From Minisyncoccota bacterium (GTDB lineage Bacteria; Patescibacteriota; Minisyncoccia; Phycocordibacterales; CSBR16-193), in contig JBBDRA010000003.1 of NCBI GenBank assembly GCA_040905715.1, positions 459,142-523,141 of the forward strand: a DNA stretch of 64,000 bases. The letters are read 5' to 3'. The notes beneath the pieces were generated by a model, which did not search any database, had not been told where the DNA came from, and worked only from the letters and a program-made list of their open reading frames with translations. This document shows, piece by piece, positions 54,429 to 63,849 of the stretch. A program made the position numbers and the translations under genes. Each line of letters begins with the position of its first letter. Position 1 is the stretch's first letter.

Positions 54429-55034
54429 ATGGAATTCAGAATCCGAGTTTGCAGGCATGGTCATTCTCCCCACGAAGGAAATGACGCGGCTCGCGGTCTT
54501 GACGACCTCGGTCGTCAACAGATCCGGGACACGGCGCAAAACCGATTTCCCAAGACTGTCGAACCAATTTTGGTTTTGACGAGTCGCAAGGAGCGAGCAC
54601 GCGAGACGCTGGAGATCTTGCTTCGGGAGACCGGCAACGAGAAACTGATCCCGGAGATCATACCGCTTCACGGTCTGGACTACTCCTGGCCGATGGCAAA
54701 CGGAGGTGTCACTAACTTCATGTACGGCCCCGAGCACGACAACGTGCTCACTGTCAGCCAGATCATGAAAAATCATCCCGAGTTCACCTCGCTCATTCGA
54801 GGCATGCTCTGGGGGTCGCTCATGACCGCGATCCGAATGCACCGGTACAGTTGGAAGGCGTACGCACCGGATGAGATCTGGGTCGCCAGCCATTCGCCCT
54901 TCGGCGAATTTCTGACTCCGGATCCTGTCAGCACCACGCGGCGCCCGAACGGCGGCGGCTTTACCTTCATCCTCGACATCCCTCGTGATGAAGAGGAAGG
55001 AGTGGTCACCGGCCATTCTCTGGAACTGTTTTGA
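54429..55034 (+). CDS. histidine phosphatase superfamily protein
   Basis: RHG, L..LGRQQ, S..ERARET and VASH motifs; SD AGGAG. Confidence 0.75.
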   Translation: MEFRIRVCRHGHSPHEGNDAARGLDDLGRQQIRDTAQNRFPKTVEPILVLTSRKERARETLEILLRETGNEKLIPEIIPLHGLDYSWPMANGGVTNFMYGPEHDNVLTVSQIMKNHPEFTSLIRGMLWGSLMTAIRMHRYSWKAYAPDEIWVASHSPFGEFLTPDPVSTTRRPNGGGFTFILDIPRDEEEGVVTGHSLELF

Positions 55035-55054
55035 TTTGCTTTTTTCGTGACCCG

Positions 55055-55087
55055 TAGCCCGACACCCTTGTGGTGCCGGGCTTTTTT
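55055..55087. terminator. terminator between convergent genes
   Basis: AGCCCGACACC..GGTGCCGGGCTTTTTT. Confidence 0.6.
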
Positions 55088-56594
55088 ATTGTGAACTGAC
55101 AACGGTTATGGTTCCGGCCTCAGTATCTACTTCGATCTCATCGCCGTCTTTTATTTTAGATGTGGCATTTTGCACACCAACCAAACAAGGTATCTGCAGT
55201 TCTCTCGAGACAATTGCCGCGTGAGACAACAGCCCGCCCAGCTCGGCAATGATCGCCTTAGAGCGCTTCATGGCAGGGAGTAAATCGGGGTATGTTCGTG
55301 AAGATACAAGGATGTCTCCCTCGTTTACCTTATCCATCTGACCCACATCCTGAACCAAACGCGCGATACCGATAACTTTTCCTTTGCTATACGCGATCTC
55401 TCCCTGCATAGGCGTATCATCAGCAACAATAATCTTATTTAGCTCATGTTCTATCTCCTTCGCCTCAGAGCCTGTGTAGAAAGTCGGTTCTTCGTTCTCG
55501 AGAACACACACCGTGAGCTCCATCCTATCTCTAATTACATCTTTAGAAACTTTGCTTCTTTTCATCAGATTATCCTTAAGTTCCTCAGGCCATAGGTACT
55601 TTGCCTCAGTCTCGGATACAGCCAGTCGTTTCCCAAACTCTTCAAATACCCCACGACGCAGATACAGAAACCTCATCGTCTCATCGACAAGTACGCTCCC
55701 GACCTCAGCGCTCTTTGTAGCAAACGTGATCACTCTCTGTTGGTCAGGATCAGCTTTTTCCATAACTCCTTCGAACACCCGTTGTCGTTCATCTTTTTTC
55801 TCTTGCTTGTCCTCTTCTCGCTCCTTGAGAATACGCTCTAAGTCCGAACCAAAAGATAGCAGATCGTTTATATCTCTGATGATCGTCTCTACGGATTTAG
55901 GAGGATTAGTTAAGCTTGCGTCAAGCCAGCCGTAGGAATCTTGAATTTCATGAATTTTTTCTTTTATCTCCGGATTTTTACCCAACACATCTTCATTCAA
56001 CTCAGAGATGCTCTCCTTGCCGGCTTTCCGCGCTACCTCACTGATCGCGTTGTCGTACTCTATTACTCCGAGCTTTCGGGTTGTTCGAAAAAGGATCGGC
56101 GCGATTGCGTGAGGTGAAAAGCCAATATCCTTTAACGTTTTCTCGAGTGTTTTGTGGATGAGATTCGTTCCATAATTGATCGTTATTATGTCAGCCACCT
56201 GCATGCCGTTCGTTTTTTCAAACCCGATAATAGAATCAAGAGCTATACAAAGTGAACGATTAGTTAATTGCTCAAAGTTGAGCTTTTTATGAGCCGAATT
56301 AAGTGCCTCTATATACTCAAGCCACTCGTTCATTCTTCCCTCCCAATCTTCTATACGCTCGTCACTAGCGAGCGTATAATCTAATACCTTCTGCCCGGCA
56401 TCAAACCACTTGTCCTTTTCAATGAATAATTTATAAGAGCCCTCATGAAAGATGAGAACCATTGACCCCTGATCCTGAACTCCGAACTCAGGTCGTTGCG
56501 TGAGCATCATATGACCAAGGTTTACGAACACCACATCCATAGGGTGTCCGCCGGGCACATGCTCTAGGAACATATATTTTTCAGCTTTTTCCAT
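55086..56594 (-). CDS. PEP-utilizing mobile (phospho-His swivel) domain protein, no ATP-grasp domain
   Basis: C-terminal GGLLSHAAIVSREL..PCLVG...KDGD.IEVD; unrecognised N-terminal region of about 390 aa. Confidence 0.85.
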   Translation of the reverse strand: MEKAEKYMFLEHVPGGHPMDVVFVNLGHMMLTQRPEFGVQDQGSMVLIFHEGSYKLFIEKDKWFDAGQKVLDYTLASDERIEDWEGRMNEWLEYIEALNSAHKKLNFEQLTNRSLCIALDSIIGFEKTNGMQVADIITINYGTNLIHKTLEKTLKDIGFSPHAIAPILFRTTRKLGVIEYDNAISEVARKAGKESISELNEDVLGKNPEIKEKIHEIQDSYGWLDASLTNPPKSVETIIRDINDLLSFGSDLERILKEREEDKQEKKDERQRVFEGVMEKADPDQQRVITFATKSAEVGSVLVDETMRFLYLRRGVFEEFGKRLAVSETEAKYLWPEELKDNLMKRSKVSKDVIRDRMELTVCVLENEEPTFYTGSEAKEIEHELNKIIVADDTPMQGEIAYSKGKVIGIARLVQDVGQMDKVNEGDILVSSRTYPDLLPAMKRSKAIIAELGGLLSHAAIVSRELQIPCLVGVQNATSKIKDGDEIEVDTEAGTITVVSSQ

Positions 56595-56596
56595 AG

Positions 56597-57901
56597 CTAC
56601 GTGTTTAGTATTCTAACCACCCCCTCATCCGCATCCACCTCTACTTCATCGCCGTCTTTGAGGATTTGTGTGGCGTGTTGCGTACCAATCACACACGGCT
56701 TATTCATTTCTCTTGATACAATAGCTGCGTGAGAAGTAATACCACCGATATCAGTCACGAATGCCGCTGCTTTTGCCATTCCACTAAGAAAGTCCGGGGT
56801 GGACATTGTAGCCACCAGAATATCCCCTTTTTCAATTTTTGAACACTCCTTTGGACTTAACACTACCCTTACCTTACCTCGAACCTTCCCTTTATTCGCG
56901 ATCTGCCCTTTTATTTCTTTAACTTCTTCGTTTCTCTCTTCTTCCTTATTCTGTTTATCCTCGCTCTTCAGTTCAACTCCCTGGTCAGTTATCTCAAGTA
57001 TAAATGATTCTCTCTCATAGAACACTGAGCGTGATGGAAATTCTTTTTTAAACAGATCAACAACATCTTTCATACGCAGACTAAGAAGATCATCGTAGTG
57101 AACGATATCAGAATAGTGATCAATGACCATTTTCCTAAAAAGATACGTTCCATAACACATAGTCTCCCACTTTTCAGTTCGAAGTCGCATCAAACTTTCA
57201 AGATAGCGTGCATACTGGGAATCAACGGTTTGTTGATCATTGCCTTGATGATCGTCAGAGCTCGAAAGGTCCACAGCCATCTGGTACGCTTCCCAAATAC
57301 ACCATGACCTGCCTTGAAAATACTTCATCCCTAAATATCCATACCGGTCTATCACTTTCTGTAGTTCACTCACCATCTCTTCGCTAACGGACAAATCGTA
57401 GGCATTATACTTTTTCCCTATTTCCGCCAATTCTTTAGCTGCCCTAGAAATATCGGTTTCAGATCCTGCAACCTGGCTTGGAGAAAAACCTTCATCTTCT
57501 AGCTTCTGACCAAGCTGAATTTCAAAAATAAAACGAGGAATCGTGCCGGCAGCCTGAATCGAACGTTGGAAGTACTCATCAACAAGACCGGGGGCGACGT
57601 GAGACTTTTCTATTTTTTCTTTAAAGGTCTTTAGGTATGAGCGATATTCGGAAAGTGATCGCTCAAAATACTTGATGAGCTGTTCGTACTGATCGTCAAT
57701 TAGATGATTTTTTTCAACGTACTCAAGCCTATCTTTGGACCACTGTATATCACCGGTTGAATGGATATACCGCAAGTATGGATAATCGAACGGATAACCA
57801 AACTCCTTAAAATTAGAGTGATACCGAATACCGCTAAGGATCAGGTCTTGCGTCAAAAGATCTGATCGATGATTAACAAGTGTTTTCCATTCCTTTTGCA
57901 T
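56597..57901 (-). CDS. PEP-utilizing mobile (phospho-His swivel) domain protein, no ATP-grasp domain
   Basis: GGITSHAAIVSREMNKPCVIGT; start at ATG 57901, 1 nt after the upstream stop. Confidence 0.85.
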   Translation of the reverse strand: MQKEWKTLVNHRSDLLTQDLILSGIRYHSNFKEFGYPFDYPYLRYIHSTGDIQWSKDRLEYVEKNHLIDDQYEQLIKYFERSLSEYRSYLKTFKEKIEKSHVAPGLVDEYFQRSIQAAGTIPRFIFEIQLGQKLEDEGFSPSQVAGSETDISRAAKELAEIGKKYNAYDLSVSEEMVSELQKVIDRYGYLGMKYFQGRSWCIWEAYQMAVDLSSSDDHQGNDQQTVDSQYARYLESLMRLRTEKWETMCYGTYLFRKMVIDHYSDIVHYDDLLSLRMKDVVDLFKKEFPSRSVFYERESFILEITDQGVELKSEDKQNKEEERNEEVKEIKGQIANKGKVRGKVRVVLSPKECSKIEKGDILVATMSTPDFLSGMAKAAAFVTDIGGITSHAAIVSREMNKPCVIGTQHATQILKDGDEVEVDADEGVVRILNT

Positions 57902-57902
57902 A

Positions 57903-59921
57903 CTAGTTTTTAGATATTTTCCTGACCACTCCTTTGTCCGCATCCACCTCCACCTCGTCACCGTCTTTGAGGATTTGTGTGGCGTGTTTGGTGCCGATAA
58001 TGCATGGTTTTTGCATCTCCCGAGCCACAATAGCAGCGTGGCAAGTAATCCCACCCTCATCAGTCACAAAGGCAGAAGCATTTTTCATGTACTGAACTAT
58101 CTCAGGCCGAGTCATAGGGGTAACTAAGACATAATCTTTTTGACCACCCAGAACCTTACCAGCATTGCCGTAATCAAGCGCACTTAACACAATAACTTTC
58201 CCTGACACCTTTCCTGCTGTTGCTGAAACGCCCGAGATAGAAGAAGCGTTCTCAGTTCCCGGTTTATTTTGCTCCTTTAGATAGTTTTCTATTTCTGTAA
58301 ACTCCTCTTGATCAGTAACGTAAGAAACCTCACCGTTAGCAAAGACAATTGCTATTTTTCTATCTTTATCGATATCTACTTGCTTGCCTGACAAAATATC
58401 TTCTATTTCAAGAGGCGTTGCTTTGGTAATCACATCCTCAGGAATAGAATGTTTCTCAGATGCCTTGGTTAATATTTTATACAAAAGAGGAAAAACATCG
58501 TTAACAACGAACTCTGATACCTCTAATCGGATCTCCGGCAACCCTTTTAGGAGTTGTTCGTCATTCGTTTCAAAGTTTTCATCCGCAAAAAAGCTATAGG
58601 GTTTATATAGGATGGTTATTTTTCCTATAAGTTCTTTAAACGTATCTAGCTCAAGAAAATCATCAACTTTATTTTTTTCTATGTATTCTTTCAGCTCACG
58701 ATAAGATTCGAGGCAGTCATTACTAATTTTCTTAATAGTTTCCGTATCTTTAACTATTACTTTTTTTGTTTCATCGATCCAAACATCAACACCTTCGTTT
58801 AACATGAAGATCAATCCGGGGCCTTCCCCGTTCTGTAAATACGGGTTGTCTACATACCGATTGGCCGGTGGGCCGAAATAGGCCGCTGGAAACATCGGGT
58901 ACTGAGAACGAAGAGTAAAGTCATGCTTTTTTATGGAATCTATAGTTTTCTGTAATTCTGGCTGTCCCGCTGTCAACGTTGTGATCGGCCTACTTTGGAC
59001 AATATAGAACTCGCCGTTTTCAAACGCCCACTCAATATCACACGGGAACCCGTAGTGATCTTCGACGCGCAAAATAAGCTCCGAGAGCTCGGTAACCTGA
59101 TCTTCCACCAGAACCTGTGAAGACGCAACGGGTTCACTAATGTCTTTCCATTCATTGCCGCCGTCATCTACTCGGTACAGCCCTCTTGTCTGGGTTGAGA
59201 TGTTAACATCGATGATCCTTCTTGGCTTCTTTTCTACCACGTAACTATCAGGTGTAACTGAACCGGAAACAATCGCCTCGCCGAGTCCGAAGCCGGCCTC
59301 GATAATAAACTGGTTATAATCCTGAGTAACCGGATGGACCGAGAAAGCAATGCCCGAGCACTCTGAGTTGACCATTTTCTGCACCACCACCGCCACGGAT
59401 ACTTTGCGCGTATGCGTATCATCGCCAAAGCGTTCGAAGCGATAAAAGATAGCGCGAGGCGTAAAAAGAGACGCCCAACAGTTGCGAACGTTCTCAAGCA
59501 GCGTATCCCGATTTGTGTTAAGAAAACTATCCAGCTGTCCGGCCCAGGCATCGCTCGATGAGTCCTCGGCGGTGGCTGACGAACGAACCGCCACAAAATC
59601 CGCACCGAGTTTGTCGAATTCAGAGAGAATCTCCTCGCGCAGATCATCCGGCATTTCCCGCTCTTTGATCAGCCCCTGTATCTGCTCGGAAGCATTTTCA
59701 ACAGTGTGCATTACCTGCGGATCAACTTCGTGAAGAATATTGTCGATCTCGACATTGATATCAGTCTCCTCGATAAAACGCTCAAACGCATCAGCAAGCA
59801 CCACGAAACCGGGCGGTACCGGAATACCCGCCTGTGTCATCTCGCCGAGCGACGCGCCTTTCCCGCCCGCTTTATCGACACTGCCTTTGTTTAGCTCACT
59901 AAACGGCGCTGTGTGGGTCAT
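57903..59921 (-). CDS. PEP-synthase-like ATP-grasp + variable domain + His swivel protein (RPH-like architecture)
   Basis: GGKGASLGE, AVRSSA.AED, DIEWA and QSRPITTL; C-terminal GGITCHAAIVARE; no pyruvate-binding barrel. Confidence 0.88.
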   Translation of the reverse strand: MTHTAPFSELNKGSVDKAGGKGASLGEMTQAGIPVPPGFVVLADAFERFIEETDINVEIDNILHEVDPQVMHTVENASEQIQGLIKEREMPDDLREEILSEFDKLGADFVAVRSSATAEDSSSDAWAGQLDSFLNTNRDTLLENVRNCWASLFTPRAIFYRFERFGDDTHTRKVSVAVVVQKMVNSECSGIAFSVHPVTQDYNQFIIEAGFGLGEAIVSGSVTPDSYVVEKKPRRIIDVNISTQTRGLYRVDDGGNEWKDISEPVASSQVLVEDQVTELSELILRVEDHYGFPCDIEWAFENGEFYIVQSRPITTLTAGQPELQKTIDSIKKHDFTLRSQYPMFPAAYFGPPANRYVDNPYLQNGEGPGLIFMLNEGVDVWIDETKKVIVKDTETIKKISNDCLESYRELKEYIEKNKVDDFLELDTFKELIGKITILYKPYSFFADENFETNDEQLLKGLPEIRLEVSEFVVNDVFPLLYKILTKASEKHSIPEDVITKATPLEIEDILSGKQVDIDKDRKIAIVFANGEVSYVTDQEEFTEIENYLKEQNKPGTENASSISGVSATAGKVSGKVIVLSALDYGNAGKVLGGQKDYVLVTPMTRPEIVQYMKNASAFVTDEGGITCHAAIVAREMQKPCIIGTKHATQILKDGDEVEVDADKGVVRKISKN

Positions 59922-60066
59922 TACTGCTATTAAACCACAATAAAGCTAGTACCGCAAAAAAAACGCAACCCCAGGAGTCGTGTTGTCTTTTTTCAATACT
60001 ACTAAGATTTCTGAGCTACGACACAGAAAGTTCAGAAAATTCAGAGTTTTCAGTATTACCTAATTC

Positions 60067-61470
60067 TTATTCTCCACCTTCCTCCGTCTCAAATTGCTTT
60101 TTAATTCGCTCTAGATCCTCTTCGGTTATATTGAGCTGCTCGAGTACCCAGACATGTCGTAGATTTGTCGGATCATATTTGCCGATCATGACTCGTTTCA
60201 TTTCATCTGAGCCTTGCTTAACAAGATCCCAGACGCCGATATTTCCCTCCCGGTACACAATGTCTTTCGTAAAGCATGCACCGGGCGTCGCGCATGTAGA
60301 CCCACGAAATGTCCTCACTGTTCGTTTCCACGCAAGCTCACTTGCTTTTGCATCTAGTGCTTCTCCCTCACCGCTCGAAGTAAGCATAAAATACTGCTTG
60401 AGAACTTCAAACGTCTGTCGAAAATCCCGTGGCGTACCGTCCATACCTTTGGCAAGAGATATAGCCAAATGCCCCGTCAAACCGGCAAAGTCATCAGCTC
60501 CCTCGATCTTTTGTTGCTCATACGTGGCTACTCCTTCTTCTCCTTTCACGTATCGGTCAAACCCGAGTCCGAGTAGCCGAATGCGTGATTGTTCCCCGTA
60601 ATCTCTTCGCCGAGCGTGCGTACCGATCTCGTGCGCTGCCAGCGCCTCAATGGACGTTTTCGTAAGCGGAATACTTCGCTGCTCCAACTTCTGTTCTGAA
60701 GGAATGTTCACTGTCCGCGTCTCTTGGCTCACACTTAAACCGCTTCTGCTCCCGGATTCGTCAACAACTACATCCCAGTTATGTAACCCGTATGAACGAA
60801 GCGCTTCTTCAAAATATTCACGAACCTCTTCAGCGGAAGTGATCGTTTCAGTTTCCTTTGGACTATCCGGGAGATCATCTGCCGAAAAGGCAAGGGTGTC
60901 AGACGCTCCGGCTTGTTCCCACGAGATCAGTAATTCAAGTTTTCGAGCAGCGTCACGCTTTTGTTCATTATCACTCTGTTTATACGATTCAATTTTGTCG
61001 CGCACCTGCGTAAGCGTGTATGTGAATATCTCTGGAGAAGGTTCCCCATAGATAAAATCCGAGTAACGCATAAAACGATTATCATCACCCTCTTGTGCCG
61101 CTTTCAACATACGAAGCTTTGCTAATTCTTCATTAACACGCCATCGGTAGAGCTGGCGAACGATATCATTCTCTTCTTCCTCCAACACATCACCTTTCAG
61201 TTCCACGAGTTTTTGCTCCCGTCCCTCAAAATCAAAATCCTCAAGTTTTGGATAGTCGAGCGTTGGATTACCCTCACCGACTGAAAGAAACCGCTCCTTT
61301 TCATGTTCACGCTTTTCGCTATCGCCATGAAGATATTCATAATCATCAAAACACGTTTCTTGAAATCTCTCATACCATTTATCATCAAGCTGCTCCCAGT
61401 TACCGGACTTAGAAGGACCTTGTTCTGCAGGTTCATTATGCTCTGATCCGGGAAATTTTTCTGATTCCAT
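60067..61470 (-). CDS. DUF1704/MATCAP-like metallopeptidase
   Basis: HEIGTH, EEG.A, R.FRG and FTKD.VY.EG motifs. Confidence 0.75.
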   Translation of the reverse strand: MESEKFPGSEHNEPAEQGPSKSGNWEQLDDKWYERFQETCFDDYEYLHGDSEKREHEKERFLSVGEGNPTLDYPKLEDFDFEGREQKLVELKGDVLEEEENDIVRQLYRWRVNEELAKLRMLKAAQEGDDNRFMRYSDFIYGEPSPEIFTYTLTQVRDKIESYKQSDNEQKRDAARKLELLISWEQAGASDTLAFSADDLPDSPKETETITSAEEVREYFEEALRSYGLHNWDVVVDESGSRSGLSVSQETRTVNIPSEQKLEQRSIPLTKTSIEALAAHEIGTHARRRDYGEQSRIRLLGLGFDRYVKGEEGVATYEQQKIEGADDFAGLTGHLAISLAKGMDGTPRDFRQTFEVLKQYFMLTSSGEGEALDAKASELAWKRTVRTFRGSTCATPGACFTKDIVYREGNIGVWDLVKQGSDEMKRVMIGKYDPTNLRHVWVLEQLNITEEDLERIKKQFETEEGGE

Positions 61471-61493
61471 ACTACAAAATATTTAATACGTCA

Positions 61494-63737
61494 TTACCCC
61501 GCCACTGCCTTCTCCGCCTCCTCGAAGGCAACCGAGAGAACTGTCGAAGCACCGGTGCCGGCCATAGTAATACCGTAGAGCACGCCGGCGCGCGACATGG
61601 TCTCGCGGTTGTGAGTTATCAAAATAAGCTGAGACTTATCTGCCAACTCCGCGATCAGGTCGCCGTACTTCTTAGCGTTTGCTTCATCAAGAGCGGCGTC
61701 GGTCTCGTCGAGAATGATGAATGGTGGAGGATTAATATATGACATTGCAAAAAGCAGTGCGATCGAAACAAGCGAGCGCTCCCCGCCTGAAAGCATTTGC
61801 AATCCTTTGATCTTTTTGGCGGGCGGACTGACGTACAACTCAACACCGTCTTGGGACGTATCTTCAGGAACCCCGTCTTCCGTGGAATCCTCAAGCTCAT
61901 CATCATGCTTTGGCTTGATCTTCATTCGCACAAGCCGCGCGGTTCCGCCGCTGAACATGTGTGAAAAAAGTTTTTGAAACTCATCATTTATTTTTTTAAG
62001 ACCGATCTGGAATTCCCGTTCCAAGGTTTCCTCAAGCTCAGCAATGAGCTCTTCAAGCGAAACCGCTGACTTCTCCAGGTCTTCGAGCTCGCGCTCCAAA
62101 AACTGATCTTTCTCGACGAGATCCTCGTACTCACGCAACATGTCGTCACCGGCCTCGACAGCATTATCTTCGATCCGGATCAGAAGACGTTCCAACTCTT
62201 TTCGCCTATCACCTTGATCAGGTACTTCTCTGCCTGTCTGATCACCAAGATCATAATTCTTGTAATCAAGGACCGCACGACCAACAACCTGACCTATCCG
62301 AGCCAGATCCTGATTCATCTCCTCCTCACGCGCGCTCAAGGCACGAGCACGAGCATCAAGACGCTCAAGATCATTGGTAATAGCGGAAAGCTGTGTTCGA
62401 AGCTCATAGATCGCCCGCTCAGCGTCACGCGTGGAATCCTTACGCTCCTCAACAGAGTCAGTGATGCCTCGGTATTCTTCCTCTCGCTGCTTCTTCTCTC
62501 CGTCGAGCATGTTGCGTTTCTGTTCGATCTCTCCTTTTTCTCCTTCGAGTCGTTCGATCTCCGCCCGAGCTTCTTTAACCGACACATCATCCTGCTCTTC
62601 TCGGTTTGCCTGAATAAAGTTAGCAAGACTCTCACGGATAGCTCCGAACGCCTCCTTCATCTTCTCGACAGTTCCCGCCTGCTCTGCCCGCTGTATCTGT
62701 TTCTCGATGAAGTCAGCGGTATCTTCAACATGCTTCAAGTACACTTTGCGGGTCGCGTTGTGCTCATCGGTTTTGTTTGCCTGTGCAATAACGCGCTGAT
62801 GAAGCGCGAGCTCTCCTTCGATACGCCCCAGCTCACGTGTCAGCTCGTCACGCTGACGTGAAAGCTCGGCTATCTGTCCATCGATCTCTCTGAGTTTGGT
62901 GCTCTGATCGTTCTCTGTACTTGCTGCTTCAACGTGACTGCGTTTCTCTGCCAACTCTGCTTCAAGCTGCTGCTTCTTCTGTTCGAGTGGCGTACGCTTG
63001 TCGCCACCCTCTTGCTTCTGTGCTTCGATCTCGGCATATTCACGCGCAAAATACTCAAGCGACTGAGTCTGTAGATCCTGCTTCATCTGGCGAACCTGTT
63101 CAATTCTCTCTTTGATCCGAGCAAGCTCACGCAAACGAGGCGCGACTTCTCGGCGCTGAGTCTGAGTCTCTTTAATATTCTCACGAGTGCGCTCAAGCTT
63201 ACGGATACTCTCTAGGCGTTTCGCTTGATATATCCTCAGCCCAAGCGCATCTTCGATCATTTCTTTACGCCCTGCCGGAGATGCCTCAATGATCTTATCC
63301 GCCTCACCTTGTGAAATAATGTGGTGACCGCTTGAACCGATATGCGCGCCAGCAATAAGCTCGCGAATATCCCTCAGTCGAGCCGGAGACCCATTGAGAT
63401 AATATTCATTTGCCCCGTCGCGATGAACAACCCGCTCAATAACAACTTCGTTGTAATCGATATCCAGGAGTCGATCGTTGTTGTCGAGTGTCACCTTGAC
63501 CTGAGCACGATTAGACCGACCGTGGGAATTAGAACCATTGAAGATCATGTCCTCTCCGCGCTTTCCACGCATCGACTTCATTGACTGCTCACCCAACACG
63601 AAGCGAAATGCCTCGGCAATATTAGATTTGCCGGACCCATTTGGACCCACGATCGCCGAGATGGACGAGTTGAACGTAAGACGTGTATGTTTGGAGAACG
63701 ATTTAAAACCGTCCACTTCAAGGGTCTTCAAGCGCAT
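61494..63737 (-). CDS. smc: short SMC-family ATPase (747 aa)
   Basis: GFKSF, GPNGSGKSN, LSGGE, LDETDAALD and ITH motifs; start at ATG 63737. Confidence 0.88.
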   Translation of the reverse strand: MRLKTLEVDGFKSFSKHTRLTFNSSISAIVGPNGSGKSNIAEAFRFVLGEQSMKSMRGKRGEDMIFNGSNSHGRSNRAQVKVTLDNNDRLLDIDYNEVVIERVVHRDGANEYYLNGSPARLRDIRELIAGAHIGSSGHHIISQGEADKIIEASPAGRKEMIEDALGLRIYQAKRLESIRKLERTRENIKETQTQRREVAPRLRELARIKERIEQVRQMKQDLQTQSLEYFAREYAEIEAQKQEGGDKRTPLEQKKQQLEAELAEKRSHVEAASTENDQSTKLREIDGQIAELSRQRDELTRELGRIEGELALHQRVIAQANKTDEHNATRKVYLKHVEDTADFIEKQIQRAEQAGTVEKMKEAFGAIRESLANFIQANREEQDDVSVKEARAEIERLEGEKGEIEQKRNMLDGEKKQREEEYRGITDSVEERKDSTRDAERAIYELRTQLSAITNDLERLDARARALSAREEEMNQDLARIGQVVGRAVLDYKNYDLGDQTGREVPDQGDRRKELERLLIRIEDNAVEAGDDMLREYEDLVEKDQFLERELEDLEKSAVSLEELIAELEETLEREFQIGLKKINDEFQKLFSHMFSGGTARLVRMKIKPKHDDELEDSTEDGVPEDTSQDGVELYVSPPAKKIKGLQMLSGGERSLVSIALLFAMSYINPPPFIILDETDAALDEANAKKYGDLIAELADKSQLILITHNRETMSRAGVLYGITMAGTGASTVLSVAFEEAEKAVAG

Positions 63738-63772
63738 AGATGAATACAGTATACCGTATTCTGTATTCAGTA

Positions 63773-63811
63773 TGAAATCCCGCTGTTCGCTGTGCGAACG
63801 GCGGGATTTCA
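63773..63811 (-). terminator. hairpin between rnc and smc
   Basis: TGAAATCCCGCTGTTCGC-TGT-GCGAACGGCGGGATTTCA. Confidence 0.55.
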
Positions 63812-63849
63812 CTAACTATCCACTACCACCTAACCCCTACACATTAAAC

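Noticed and set aside
54402-55016. 204-aa antisense ORF
   Set aside because: It is the shadow of the histidine phosphatase gene, which has the promoter, SD and motifs.
57902-58060. N-terminal extension of ORF 56597-58060, or a frameshift fusion with the upstream gene
   Set aside because: It is an alternate frame of the upstream swivel domain. ATG 57901 directly follows the stop, and no slippery site was evident.
57903-59921. Calling this gene ppsA or rph
   Set aside because: It lacks the pyruvate-binding domain of PpsA, and its middle domain is shorter than, and not recognisable as, the RPH rifamycin-binding domain.
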